Of a stretch of DNA of 64,000 bases, positions 37,933-49,796 are shown one piece after another. The DNA comes from Veleropilina oligotropha (taxonomy: Eukaryota). The notes under the pieces were generated by a model that was not told the origin of the DNA, ran no database searches, and worked only from the letters and a program-made list of their open reading frames with translations. Location of the stretch: assembly GCA_048128005.1 (NCBI GenBank), contig JBEUKZ010000096.1, forward strand, positions 434,001-498,000, given 5' to 3'. Within the stretch, counting starts at the first letter, position 1, and each line of letters begins with the position of its first letter. Made by a program: the position numbers and the translations under genes.

Positions 37933-38712
37933 TAGAGTTGGGTATCGCAAAATTTTTCGTATCGCGATATATTGCAATACAAATGATCATATCGCAATAC
38001 GTATTGCAATATATTGACTTCTTTAACTTTCATAATATATATAAGGTACTTTAATTCGCGGTACAAAAGCCAGACGACAGTGACATGAGCGTATCATTTG
38101 ATCACCTTAAGTCTTCCGAATCACCAAGTCATCAAGAGACATTTGATGGCATTATTGTTCATCTGATTCGCGAGTGTTCACGATGTGTAACGAAGCCTTT
38201 AGTGGGAATATTCAATTAAAAAATTAACTAAACGTGTTCTCTTTATAGTGTATACCGTGTGAATAAGTGACACTATTGGGTTCATCAAGGAATACATTCA
38301 TAAGGACAAAATAGGTAAATTTAATCTGAGCTATTTTCCATATTGTTGACAATTGCGTTACTAACTGAAAATGGCAAGTTATAATTTTGACATGAATGGT
38401 TTAGGCGCACAATGCAAATTAAATAGTCGCAGAGGAAATGCGCTAAATTTAGTCTCTAATTATGCTCTAGATCTGGTCGCACTGATATGTCCATGCATAA
38501 AATGGTTATATTTGTTGGTCCGTATGTCGTTGCAAACATCGGCAATGATGTGAGGATGGATAATCAACAAGTATGCACACTGTTGTAAAAGAACGCTCTG
38601 CGCACGTAGTTATGGCTGTTAATAAAATATTGCCAAAAAACCGGTATGCCTGCATCGTATCGCGATAGCTATATCGCGGTATACCGTATACCGGTTATAT
38701 CGCCCACCCCTA
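37933..38712. mobile_element. hAT-type MITE with 8-bp TSD ATTAGTAG
   Basis: TAGAGTTGGG..CCCACCCCTA termini; TSD at 37925-37932 and 38713-38720. Confidence 0.75.
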
Positions 38713-38858
38713 ATTAGTAGCCATCGTTCCATCAAAATTCTCCATCATTCATTTCTATATAACTTGGTATCATCGCACCGCACCCTCGCTATATCGATTC
38801 GTACTTGTCATACGAGTCGTTGTGGTACTCGTAGCCGGTAGCGACAGGGTCTATCTTT

Positions 38859-39293
38859 TTATGTCTTGACCTTATTGTAAAAAAGGACAAGACATTATCA
38901 AATGGTCCGTGTGTATATACATATATATATATATATATATCCGTCGATTTATTTGAAAACTACCAGGTCAATTTTCACCAAAATTGGTACACACATTCCC
39001 AAGAGTATTTGTAGGTCGTGTATATAACTTTTGCGACACAATTTTGCAAAAATATGCATTTATTGAGCACTTTAATCCATATTCGTATGTAACTGATGTC
39101 TAATATTGCAAGCAAATAGCAATGACGTCATTATGACGTCGCTTTAGATTAATCGGCATTTGGTGACGTCACATTCGACGGGGTAGTAATTTAAGCCATG
39201 AAGTACTTGCACTTAGCCATTGTATTAACTGTTATGAAAATTTGAGGGAAATAAAGAAAGGTCAAGACATATTTCGAACGCGTCGTTCTTGTT
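38859..39293 (-). mobile_element. HINE-like element (inverted copy of 12318-12778)
   Basis: Near-identical reverse complement of the first copy. Confidence 0.7.
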
Positions 39294-39437
39294 AAGCAAC
39301 AATATTATCTATTCTTGGATGACAAATTTATTATCCTTTGGTGTGCTGCTAATTCCCATCGCACCACCACATCGTCGCATACTAGAGAGCGAAAGTGATG
39401 GAACGATGGTGTGACGTGATATAGCACCATCGTTGAA

Positions 39438-39778
39438 TCGCTGTGGCTCAGTGGTAGATGCACTGGCCTCTCATCGAGAGGTTTGGGTTCAATTCCCGAT
39501 CCCGGCGAATTCCATTGGGTAGGGAATTAAGCATATATGTGCCTCGGTTTCACCCAGCCGATCTCAGATCTGAGTGGGTACCTGGTTGGTAGTGATGGAA
39601 ATTGTCAGTATAGTCTGATGCGCCTATAAATGTCAGCTCGGCTGTAATACTCTCAGAGAGAGTTGAGATAGAATCTCGAACAGAACAGACCGGTAACCAA
39701 GGAATAATAATGATGTAGCGCTTTGAGCAAGCATTCGTACATGAAAAAGCACAATATAAGAAGTATCCATTATTATTG
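39438..39778 (+). mobile_element. tRNA-derived SINE (family B)
   Basis: A and B boxes present; matches 3580-3892. Confidence 0.7.
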
Positions 39779-41779
39779 TCGTCATCGTTCCATCGTGTGC
39801 AATAATGTGGCGGTGTGATGGCGATCATGAGATGATGTGATTGCATCATCACAATGTACTGTCGCATCGCAACGTGATGTGTCGTCGCGGCTGTCACAGT
39901 GGGTATATCATGGATCTGTGAATGTAGAATTTCGATGGAACGATGGCTAATAATGGTACATCATATTACACTGCTTCATCTCAGAACAGTGGACAAGAGC
40001 GGGACCCCCAATTCACTCGCCTGAATGCTCTGATTCGCATGTGGGCGTTCGAATCCTCGGTTGAATACTTTGTGTAGCTAAAAGTCACAGTCATTGGTCT
40101 GGTTTGTGAGGGCTGGTTTCCCCGGACCAACAGACCTTCCTCCAACAATAATATCGATATATCCGGACATAACCCTGATGGATGTTAAATGGCGCATTAA
40201 ACAATAGTCAGAGAAGCAATATTAAACCAGATATTTGTCATCGAACTTCCTTTATTCAATCATGTTTAATGAAAATCAAAGGCGAAGGCTTTGCTTATAT
40301 ACAATGCTAATCCCAATATTTGGATTACTAATCCGAATATTCTGATTACTAATCTGCATATTTAGATTAACTAATCGGAATATTGGGATTAACTAATCCG
40401 AATATTCGGATTAATAATTATATAGTGGTTGTGGCAGTAATACGCTTCCATAGGTCTACGCTTAAAATAATGATATAATTTTTAATATGCACGTTATAGA
40501 TACTGTTGCTGCATATTATGTTTAATTGGGGTACATTGCAACATTTTTTATGTCGATTGGGGTTCGTTTACGGTGCATAACGTTGTACAGTTTCGTGAAA
40601 TATTGTATTTTCGATTTGCGCTCACAACGGGTCATACAAAGACTCTCTACTGTATTAAAAATTACGTTTGCATAATATGCGGTGCATAATTCATTAAAAT
40701 GTCGTTTTAATGTTACAAGTTGAATTTCTGAATCTGATGCATGGTTACATCGCACAACCGGTTAGGGCATAAACGCGACGGGAGAGAGAGAATGCAGCAG
40801 TTAAATGGTTTTAGTCCTGCTGCCTGACAGCTGCTCGGGAAGTAGCCACAGATGTTGCGCACACAACGTTGTCCCTGAGTTTGTTCAAATCAAGTGTCGT
40901 ACGAGGGAAAAATGAGTGTTGAAATAAGCACAAGGAAGTAATGGATATAAGCCGAATGATGATCCATTCTTAAAAATATCGGTCCAGCCAAGGCGCGATA
41001 GCGCTGAGGCACGACCGATATTTTTAAGAATGGATCGTCTGAGGCTTATATCTTACTTAAACTATTGTTCCCCATTTGAACATATCGCAGTATTATTTAA
41101 ATTATATCAATGCGTTTAAATAATATAACTTCAGTATTAATATTAACAGCAATAATAAATTATTTTAGTTGTTAATTACAATACTAATGTCGGGTTGTCT
41201 CAATGATTCTTCACACAGCCCGGCGATCTAATTACGGTTCATTGTTGATACAAATAGACTGCATGCTTCTTAACGGATATCTCATCCGAGCAATATCGGA
41301 ATAATATACCTCGCACGTGATCATCAGTTCAGTTTCACCAGTGTTAATTTTGGCAGCGAACTGTTAGGACGTGAAATTTATCGCAAACAATATGGATATT
41401 TATGTGGTACTAAGCTATCCATGTTGACACTCCAAGCTGGATTTACCTCGTTTCGAATGTATTTGGAGTATCATATACTTCGTTAAATTTTACCATTCGT
41501 TGGCCTATGAAGTATGATGGAGGAAAATTTCTGCTTACATATTCGCATCTTTGTTATCCATTGAATCGTGTCATTGTTGTCCATTGTCAACTTATTGGAT
41601 CGCGGCATTGTTTCCATTGTCAACATATTGGCCTGGGCAGCTCAGAGTGATCAATTATTAGAAATAATGGACTCCCAAAACAATAGGATGATGTCACAAC
41701 AATAGTTTAAGGTGATTGATGGTTTAAAGCCTTTTGAGTTATTATATGAAAAGTTTTCTGCTACGTTTTTGCTTTCGTA

Positions 41780-42203
41780 GTCCTTGAATTTTCTGGGTTT
41801 AATTTCACATCGCCCTTGTCAGATTTTTGTTAAGAATTTTTGATGAGGCATGGCTGGCACCAGCCCCTCGACCACCTTGTAGAAGAAAATATTAAGTATG
41901 TTCGCTTTCTCCTGTCTTTGAATGAGGCAAGCCCAAGTTCCTTTAGCATGTTCGTCACACATCCTTGATCTCTCGAGAGATTAGCTGTTTTCCTGCAGTT
42001 CAGTGGGCAGTCTTTGCGGTTTCTTCTCAAGAAACCAATCACCGAGCTGGCTTTCTTGGTTACTTTTGTAATATGGGCACTGAATTTTAAGGTTTGTGAA
42101 AGAGTCACTCCTAAGTGTGGACTTTCCTCCACCTGCTGGAGAATATGTCTGTTTAGTTGGTAGAAGTGGTGGGATTTGCTGTTTATGCTCCTGATGTAGC
42201 ATT
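41780..42203 (-). pseudogene. Downstream part of a decayed non-LTR retrotransposon ORF2 (continuation of 59433-60600)
   Basis: KKCYIRSI..ILQQVEESPHLGVTLS..KKASSVIGFLRRN..CVTNMLKELGL. Confidence 0.75.
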
Positions 42204-43913
42204 TTTTGTCCCCCGCCGCCTATCGGGCGGACGGAGGACATAGAATCCGCGTTCGTGCGTACGTCCTGGATTTTCTCACATCTGTTTTTGCCATTTAGAG
42301 AAATGCGAGCTTTCCGAAACTTTATAGATGAACTAACCACATAATTGGGTAGATCAAGTTCGAATATTGGAAATTTATTTTGAAAACTTTTGTTTTTTTG
42401 GCGACTTTATGGCGAATTTGAACATAGCCTCTGGAAGCATGGATATTGTCGATTTCTCACATTGTTTTTTTCCATTTAGAGAAATACTAGCTTTCTGAAA
42501 CTTTAAAGACTTACTAACCACATCATTGGGTATATCAAGTTCGAATATTGTGAACTTATTTTAAAAATTTATTGTTTTTTGGTGATTTTCGGCAATTTCG
42601 AACATAGTCTCTGGAAGCATGGCTGTGGTCTATTTCTCACATCTTTTTTTTCATTTAGAGAAATGGTAGCTTTCTGAAACTGAGCTGCGGGAGGCACATA
42701 CATGTCCTTCCGATTTGTCGCACCTTCCCCCCACCCCTCATGCTGCCCCCCTCCCCGGCCCCAAAACAAATTTATGAAGAACCTACATAATTTATTTTTG
42801 CTATGCGTATACACACTATAGCAGTTATTCTGAAAAGTTTAATTATGCCTTGAAATATTGAGGATAGAAAGGAAGCAGATATAGTATGTAAGTATTATAT
42901 TTGTATGATGAAAGGGACATATGCTTATCTGTAAGTTTGCTCACTGCCGATAGGTACAGTAAGCTGTTAAGCTTAATGGTCACTATGAGAAGCTGGGATT
43001 ATCAAAATCAGATGGATTTTGAAAACTTGCTTCCCATTGGTTTATTCCATGGGTATCTTGAGATGACAGTATATAATTGCCATAACAAGAACCGACTGTA
43101 TCCAGTGTCTAATATCGCCCTCCTGACAACTGGTCAAGATTATAGTAATTACATGTACTGGTATACTATTTTGTCATGGATTGGCTGCTAAATATATTTA
43201 ATCTCGAGCATATAATAATAAGATTTTGTCTTTATTTCTGTTTCTCTGAAACTAAGTTGTACAATAACTATATTAGGATCAGCACTGCATAGGTATTACT
43301 TATGAATTCTGACTTTGCAAACTGAAAATGTGGCCCTTTTCAAAGTAAATGGGGATGGGTGCGACATATAATTTTGCCGAATTTCTTTTTTTGGTGACTT
43401 TTCAGCACTTCTGAACATAGTCTCTGGAAGCATAGATGTGATCTATTTTCTCACAATTTTTTTCATATCAAAAATTTCTAGCTTTCTCAAACATTACCGA
43501 TCAATTAATCACATCAAAGTTATGAATCACAGTTGTCCGTAACTGGCCCAAGAGGGCGGGTTTCACTGGGCGACCAGGCTTTCATCCCGCAATAATAACG
43601 ACATGTCCTGGTTTGAACCTAAATAGGTTGGAAATATACAGGACAAGAAGCATTGATCCTTTCCTTTTTCCTTTTCGAATATCGGGAATGTTTTTTTGAA
43701 ATTTATGGATTTTTTGCAATTTTGTACGTGACAAGTCTCTGCATCATGGGGTAGATCAGGTTCAAATATTGGGAATTTTTTTAAACCTTGATTTATTGCA
43801 GACTTTTGCTGATTTAAAACATAGTCTTTGGATGTATGAAATTTATCAATTTTCTGTCAACTAAATTTTCCATTTAGAGAAATGTTACCTTTCTGAAACT
43901 TCACAGATCAACT
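42203..43913. mobile_element. Left part of a HINE-like element with ~165-bp repeats, split by the virus; the remainder is at 59202-59432
   Basis: Terminal hairpin near 42207; repeated TTTAGAGAAAT..CTTTCTGAAACT..AACCACAT units resume after 59201 and end in CTTGTT. Confidence 0.7.
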
Positions 43914-44190
43914 AGCAGCAGGGGGGGGTGAGCAGACTCTAATAGAGCTTGTTTTAGGGGTGGAGTAAGCAGCAACAGGGTCTGCGAATAGGGACTCTAA
44001 TAGAGCTTGTTTTTTAGGCATAAAACCAGCAGCAGCAGGGGGGGTGAATGCACTTTTTAGAATGGGGAAATAAGGCGCGGCGCGGGCAACGGCGGCTCCC
44101 AGCAGGGGGGGTGAATGCACTTTTTAGAATGGGAAAATAAGGCTCCCAGCGCCCGTTTGAACTGAGCTGGTAGTAAGAGCCCGTAGGGAC
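43914..44190 (+). repeat. Left TIR of the virus
   Basis: Inverted match to 58954-59201. Confidence 0.92.
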
Positions 44191-44967
44191 AGCTCTGGGA
44201 GTTAAATTAAAACACTTACCTGTGGACATTTCGGCCGAAACTGCATATCATTAATCCCCCTCCAGCAGGCATTGTAATCCGGTTTTTGGCTATAGCCAGT
44301 TCAAGTCTCGTGGATTTCTTAGATACCCTTCTAGATCAGTTTATTGCCACGTACCCATTGCCACGTATCCATCCCCTATATATAATTTCTTGACGATCTC
44401 TGTTCATTCTAGAAGCTTTACATAGAATTTCCACGTACTCATCCCCTATATATAACTTCTTGACGATCTCTGTTCATTCTAGAAGTTTTATTGCCAACTC
44501 ATCGTGACGTATACAATGACTCAACGAGAAATCGGTAACCGAAAAAATTTCTCGTAACGAAACTTTGCGAATTCAAAACATTGGTTACCGATTTTTTGTT
44601 GAGCAAGCGTTTTCTGGAGCAAATCTTTTTTTATCTGGGTCAACCTCGGCGAGATACGCATCGCGACAGCATGCAATTTCTGTGTTAAGATTCGATGAAA
44701 GAAATTTTCAATGCGATTGCTGAAACGGCATTGTCAGAAATACAAAGAAGCTATCGCTTGCGTTAGAAACGACAGTACACGACTGAATGGGCATTCAACG
44801 TAAACAATACCCATTGATACACGCGGGCGACGTATTTGTACAGCACACAGATATAGCGTGTCCTGATTTTAACGATTGTAGTCATTCATAAAGCGTGGCC
44901 TATGAATAGACGAGAGAGAAACCGGAAAATATGTTTTAAGGCGGGGAATCCCCGAGATTGCAGCAGT

Positions 44968-45369
44968 TTAGATAAATATGTAATTCCCGCTAGCTAGTGT
45001 GCAATTGCATGGCGAGAGATGTCCGATTTGACTCCACGCACCACCACAGCCGGTAGATAACATTGAGAAGTAATGCCCATGTTTACCGCGACATAGTGAC
45101 GGCTCAGCGCACTCAATGCGTACAGTATTTGGGTCGGGGCCACAGTCATTCTCTCCGATAATAAAGTAGTGGCACGAGGGTGGGGATACATCAGGGGGGT
45201 CTCGTAGCAAGTTTCTTCGCAAGGGGTCAAGCCGTATATTGTACAGGGGGTGGTTCCGGTACCTAGCCCACGTGTGTTCGAGAATTAATGCGTCGTCGCG
45301 AGACGACGCCTGGGTGGCACCCCAGGCGGCAAAGCACACCGCGGCAATACACAGTAGCATGGATTTCAT
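44968..45369 (-). CDS. Viral secreted cysteine-rich protein, 133 aa
   Basis: Signal-peptide-like N-terminus; seven Cys in the mature part, ending in CxC; abuts neighbouring viral genes. Confidence 0.65.
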   Translation of the reverse strand: MKSMLLCIAAVCFAAWGATQASSRDDALILEHTWARYRNHPLYNIRLDPLRRNLLRDPPDVSPPSCHYFIIGENDCGPDPNTVRIECAEPSLCRGKHGHYFSMLSTGCGGAWSQIGHLSPCNCTLASGNYIFI

Positions 45370-45447
45370 GGCTGTCCAGATATCACTGTCGAGTTCGAGC
45401 TTTAATACGGGGGAGGGGGAGGGTGGGGGAAGTCCCCCAGCCCACGC

Positions 45448-46092
45448 TCAACCTGGATGGTTAGTCGCCAACCCCGATTTTTTCAGCAGCTCCGCGCGTC
45501 CCTCTTTACGTCCATGCTCAATTAGCTCGCTTTGGGTCTGTGAAACCGCGGTGTGCGCCTTTAGACTTTTGAGGCGAACCGTGGCCTTCATTGTCCGATA
45601 TTTTTCCATCTCCCCTGTGACTAGTTGGAATTCGTCGTCAGACATCTCCCCATCCGCTAGGGCCTTTGACACGTGGTCATTTATGGTGTTCAGCTTGCTT
45701 TCGGCCAGTACTCGTATCTCGTCGTGCTTCTTAGCCTTCACTTGGAGGCGGCGGCTAATGTATTTCCCAACCATACTTGCGAGCCCACACCCTAACGCCG
45801 CTAATTCCAGCACTAGGACAACAGGGGCCGCAACGATTGTGGACAACAGTCCGATGCCGGCGCTACCCATACCAAGGGTGGCCACGACCAGGGCCGAGTC
45901 GATCCCGTCAACGACATTAACGCCTCGTCGGTACTTCTTGTACAGGGCAGCCCTTGTGTCTCTCTCTCGTTCTAGCTGTCCCTGAAGCTCATTCACTTTC
46001 TGTAGTCGGAAAGACTGTGCCTCCGGCAGTTCCGAAGGCACATCGCCACCAAGTTGTGGATACAGCGTTGGCGCTGAGGGTTTGTTGTCCAT
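45448..46092 (-). CDS. Viral coiled-coil/hydrophobic-hairpin protein, 214 aa
   Basis: Charged helices flank a ~45-aa hydrophobic stretch; intact ATG-to-stop ORF in a co-oriented cluster. Confidence 0.75.
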   Translation of the reverse strand: MDNKPSAPTLYPQLGGDVPSELPEAQSFRLQKVNELQGQLERERDTRAALYKKYRRGVNVVDGIDSALVVATLGMGSAGIGLLSTIVAAPVVLVLELAALGCGLASMVGKYISRRLQVKAKKHDEIRVLAESKLNTINDHVSKALADGEMSDDEFQLVTGEMEKYRTMKATVRLKSLKAHTAVSQTQSELIEHGRKEGRAELLKKSGLATNHPG

Positions 46093-46110
46093 TATTCGTG
46101 GCTGTATTGT

Positions 46111-46446
46111 TCAGCCTGTTGATTCCGAATGTCTACCGTAGCTGTACGGTTCAAATACGGTGCCCACCCAGGGGGCCTTGATGGTGAAGGCGAGGGCAAA
46201 CTTGTCCGAATCCAGGCCAAGGCTATTTATGGAGGTCGCTTTGGGGGCGCCCCCGGCCGGCTGGACCGGCGTCATGTGGATCATTAGAAGGGCTGGGTTC
46301 AACCCAAACCGACCTCCAGTGTTTGGAATCGTGAACTCCCTCCTCGCCAGCCCCTTGGGCGCTTCCCCACAACTAAGAACGAAGTGCCACTGGGTCGCTG
46401 AATGCTCATCTGCAAGCAGGGGGAGGGTCCCATAGATGCTGCTCAT
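46111..46446 (-). CDS. Viral hypothetical protein, 111 aa
   Basis: ATG overlaps the stop of the upstream gene (ATGA-type coupling). Confidence 0.55.
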   Translation of the reverse strand: MSSIYGTLPLLADEHSATQWHFVLSCGEAPKGLARREFTIPNTGGRFGLNPALLMIHMTPVQPAGGAPKATSINSLGLDSDKFALAFTIKAPWVGTVFEPYSYGRHSESTG

Positions 46447-47180
46447 TGTATCTCAAGGACTGCGGTAATGGGCATACCGTGGTTGTCTATCGGGTTACCG
46501 TCTGGATCTGTGACATAAACCTTCAATTCTGTGAGAACCCCGGCCTGTAGTCGCCGAAATTCCGGATAACTGTGGTAGTGGGCAGCCTCACCGAACATCT
46601 GCGACGTTATAGGGACCACCGCGAGAATATTGCTCGGGGCGCCGTCCTTCACATTGTATGTTGTACTGAGCTGCTCTAGGTGAACGTGTAGGGTCAAGCC
46701 TGCAATGGCAAACCCGACAGGCTTGTTCCCGTCATAAGTCCCGGGGCGTAGCCACTCGGATCTCTCCGGAGGAGTACGGCCCCGTACTCCTCGAAGGGGT
46801 GGGTGCGGATTCCCCGATTTATCGAGAATAAACGAAGAAAGGTTTAAGCCGAGGAGCTTCCGTATATCGTCGCTTATCGCGAGTCGAGTCCCAGAGGGGA
46901 CCACGACTCGAGCGAGTCCCGTAGCATGGCTTACATCTAGCTGTATGTTAACTAGCGACCTCTTCATTGTCTTGGCGAGGGAATCGAAGCTGTAGAAACC
47001 CGGTGCTACCTCTATGGTGGTATCGGGGGTCTTAAAGAAGGCTCCAGCATGCACGTTATGCCAACCGACCCAATAGACGAGCGACCGCAAGGCGACACAT
47101 AGCTTGCCTTCCCGGTTATCAATCGGCTGCAGGAGGGCAACGGCGGTCCCCGTTTGAACGTTTGTTACGGTGTGAAACAT
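46443..47180 (-). CDS. Probable minor capsid (penton, single jelly-roll) protein
   Basis: Beta-rich, with the C-terminal pattern SNILAVVP..LKVYVTDPDGNPIDNHGMPITAVLEI typical of Polinton pentons; first ATG at 47180. Confidence 0.65.
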   Translation of the reverse strand: MFHTVTNVQTGTAVALLQPIDNREGKLCVALRSLVYWVGWHNVHAGAFFKTPDTTIEVAPGFYSFDSLAKTMKRSLVNIQLDVSHATGLARVVVPSGTRLAISDDIRKLLGLNLSSFILDKSGNPHPPLRGVRGRTPPERSEWLRPGTYDGNKPVGFAIAGLTLHVHLEQLSTTYNVKDGAPSNILAVVPITSQMFGEAAHYHSYPEFRRLQAGVLTELKVYVTDPDGNPIDNHGMPITAVLEIQ

Positions 47181-47184
47181 AGCT

Positions 47185-48462
47185 ATGGCTAAGAGCGCCT
47201 TTGCTTTCAATAGGAGTGCAGCCTATTCGACCGGTGTGGTGTACCCAGCCCGGATCAAAGATGAGCAGCTTACCAGATCAAGTGTCGTTATATCTTCGTC
47301 CGAATCTCCCCATCCTGCATTCGGGGCAGACTACCCCGACGTCTTTCAAAAATACCGCCTCCCTCACGTCGCGAGTGATCGGCTAATATGGGATTGGAAC
47401 AGCACGCCCATGCGGTTTTGGCAGAACAAGGTAAACTTCGCAGTCTGGTGTGCCACAACAGGTTCTGGGATCTCCGCAGAATACCACTTGAATGCGACCG
47501 ACCCCCTCTCCAGAGCCGTATTCACCTTCCACGTCTACTATCAGGTCAGAAGGGTACTGACCGAAATTCAGGCGCCGCTGCCACAAGACAGGACGTGGGA
47601 TGCATTCGACACCGCGTATGATCGAAGGGCATATGAGAAGATCTGCAACGAGTTTGGAGTGTCTCCACATACCGACTGGCGTGTCAAGGGTCCCAACGGC
47701 GGACTAGGCACCGCTTTCAGCTACTGGACGAACAACGGCTACCACCCCATAGGACGTGAGTATGATCCCAGCCAAATGTCATTCACCAAAGGTACGACCA
47801 ACTCGAATCTGCACGTGGACTACATCGCGCAAGCGCAGGCGCTTACAAACGGTTGGGCTTCCTTCATCCTGGACAAGTCGGTGGGATTCACGAGGGCCGG
47901 CGTGGAAAGGCTCAATGATTCCATCAGGACCTACGTCTGGGCTATTCTTGGAGCGCAGGCTCAAACACGTGCAAGCATTCTGGGTAGTGGGACGGCATTT
48001 GACGCGCAGAAACAGCTCCTGGCGAACGTGGAAGATGCCATCGCATCGCCAGTGGACCTCCCAGCAGCAATCAAACGGTACCAGGAGGTGCTTCAGTATG
48101 CCAGGTCCAAGGTGGACTTCGTCTTCGGCGTTGGCCTGTATATGGCGCCAAGTGACATGCTCCTGCGAATAGGGCAGGTGGCAGGGTATAACAACGAAAT
48201 CGTCGTTGCCACGGAATACCAGACACTCGGTCTTAATACGACCGTCAACGCGGCCAGTGTTCCACCCGACGCCACTGGGGAGACTGGAGAAACAGGACTG
48301 GTAATTCCACAAGACGAGGTCGCAGTCTTACGGGCAGCTGCTCCGAAGCATCCAAATGCTTCGCCGGCTGTGGCCGGGGCAGCTGTGGCACATGACGAGG
48401 AGAAAACCGCACTTATCGTGGGCGGCATTGTCGTTGGCCTAGCGTTCATTTGGCTTACGTGA
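47185..48462 (+). CDS. Viral hypothetical protein with C-terminal TM anchor, 425 aa
   Basis: Long intact ORF ending TALIVGGIVVGLAFIWLT. Confidence 0.75.
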   Translation: MAKSAFAFNRSAAYSTGVVYPARIKDEQLTRSSVVISSSESPHPAFGADYPDVFQKYRLPHVASDRLIWDWNSTPMRFWQNKVNFAVWCATTGSGISAEYHLNATDPLSRAVFTFHVYYQVRRVLTEIQAPLPQDRTWDAFDTAYDRRAYEKICNEFGVSPHTDWRVKGPNGGLGTAFSYWTNNGYHPIGREYDPSQMSFTKGTTNSNLHVDYIAQAQALTNGWASFILDKSVGFTRAGVERLNDSIRTYVWAILGAQAQTRASILGSGTAFDAQKQLLANVEDAIASPVDLPAAIKRYQEVLQYARSKVDFVFGVGLYMAPSDMLLRIGQVAGYNNEIVVATEYQTLGLNTTVNAASVPPDATGETGETGLVIPQDEVAVLRAAAPKHPNASPAVAGAAVAHDEEKTALIVGGIVVGLAFIWLT

Positions 48463-49745
48463 CCCACTGTCTAGCGGCAATAAGAAGCAAGCCCCCAACT
48501 GATATGATCAGTGCCCATAGGTTTTCAGCAAGCCACGACGCTGTCTTGCCGACCAGGTTGATAAGCCAGGATAGCAGGCTTCCAAGTATTCCTGGTAGTG
48601 CGGCTGCCGCCGTCCCCGCTAGTTTACCCAGAATCCGACCCAGGGTCCGCAGGTTCTTTTTTACCCACTCCTTGATGCCTTGACCACTGGAAGGTGGTGG
48701 TGGTTGTGGTATGCTCGGCGCGCCGCCTGTTAGGGCTAGTACCAAAGTCGAGATGGCCATACCAATCGCGGTCAGTATAGTCACGATCGTGACCCCCTGC
48801 TCGCAGAATAGGGTCCGGACGCGCTCAGCCAGCGTTGTGTCTGAGTGGAGAATCCGACTTATCATCTCTCGGATCCGGCTGATTTGAGAGCGAAGGGCAT
48901 CCCGGCTTGATGAGGCTGCCTCTAGGCGAGCTTCTCGTTCATCCTGTAAGTTGCGAAGACGTTCCGCGATTCGTCGACGAACGAACTCCTCCACACCCCC
49001 CCCTTCATCTGCCTGATCGAGCTTCCTCTTCTCCAGCTCTATGTGTTCGGCCAGCGCCGTTAGTTTGGCCAGGTTGTTTGTGAGCTCGCCTCGAATGGTC
49101 TGCATCGCCTTGTCCAGCCCGCGAAGCTCACGAAGATTTAAGGGGGGGTCCCCCATCGTGCTCAAGATCTCATCAACCTTGGCGTCTGTGAAAGACATCT
49201 CCATTTTGTGGATTGCTTCTGATGCATCATTCGCGGTTCGCCCCAAGTCCCGCAGTTCTACATTGTCTACATTGGCGGCCGCACCGCTCAACTCATTGTC
49301 GGCTGTCTCAAGAGCTGCAACGGCTTTTGAGGCCAGCTTCTTCTGTCCCCGCCTCTCTGGCCGCTTCCAGTCTACGAAACCCAACCCTTCACGGATGGCC
49401 TTACCCCCACCTTTCCGGTTAGCTAGTGTTGACAGCACCTTTGGTCTACCGTCTATAGTGAGATCGATGTCGGGGTAGTCCGTCATCACCAATTTTTTCC
49501 CCCCCCAAGTACTCGAACTGGGAATAATCTCGCCCCGTGGCGGGGGTTTGCCCCTCCCGTGCCAGGGCGTCATAGTATTCATCAACCGCGTCCTTCACGA
49601 GCTTTTGCCGCTGACTGCTGGTTCCTTCCTGTGGCGCCGGCATAAACCGGTCGGTGGATCTATCCACATCAGTATCGTCGATGATGGTATCATCGTTGTC
49701 GATGAGATCGTCAGGCTCGAATGCGGGGTTCGGGAATTCCGCCAT
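48455..49745 (-). pseudogene. Viral coiled-coil membrane protein (~430 aa), frameshifted at a G8 run near 49500
   Basis: The MAEFPNPAF.. ORF joins the 376-aa ORF if one G is removed; long heptad region and hydrophobic C-terminal helices. Confidence 0.65.
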
Positions 49746-49796
49746 TTGAATACAAACGCTTAGATACGCATCTAAATCAGCCATAGCGACAACAAC

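Larger units (their letters stand above)
37499..40451. mobile_element. Non-autonomous element with ~450-bp inverted arms, containing nested hAT MITE, HINE and SINE
   Basis: GGAAGCGTATTACTGCCAC.. and ..GTGGCAGTAATACGCTTCC ends; short internal AATCCGAATAT repeats. Confidence 0.7.

Noticed and set aside
44510..44960. Additional viral gene inside the left end
   Set aside because: No ORF of 60 aa or more and no motif found in the frames I tried.
49490..49510. G8-A6 run as a programmed -1 frameshift
   Set aside because: Joining the ORFs needs a +1 shift and the slippery heptamer is out of phase; a homopolymer indel or assembly error is simpler.
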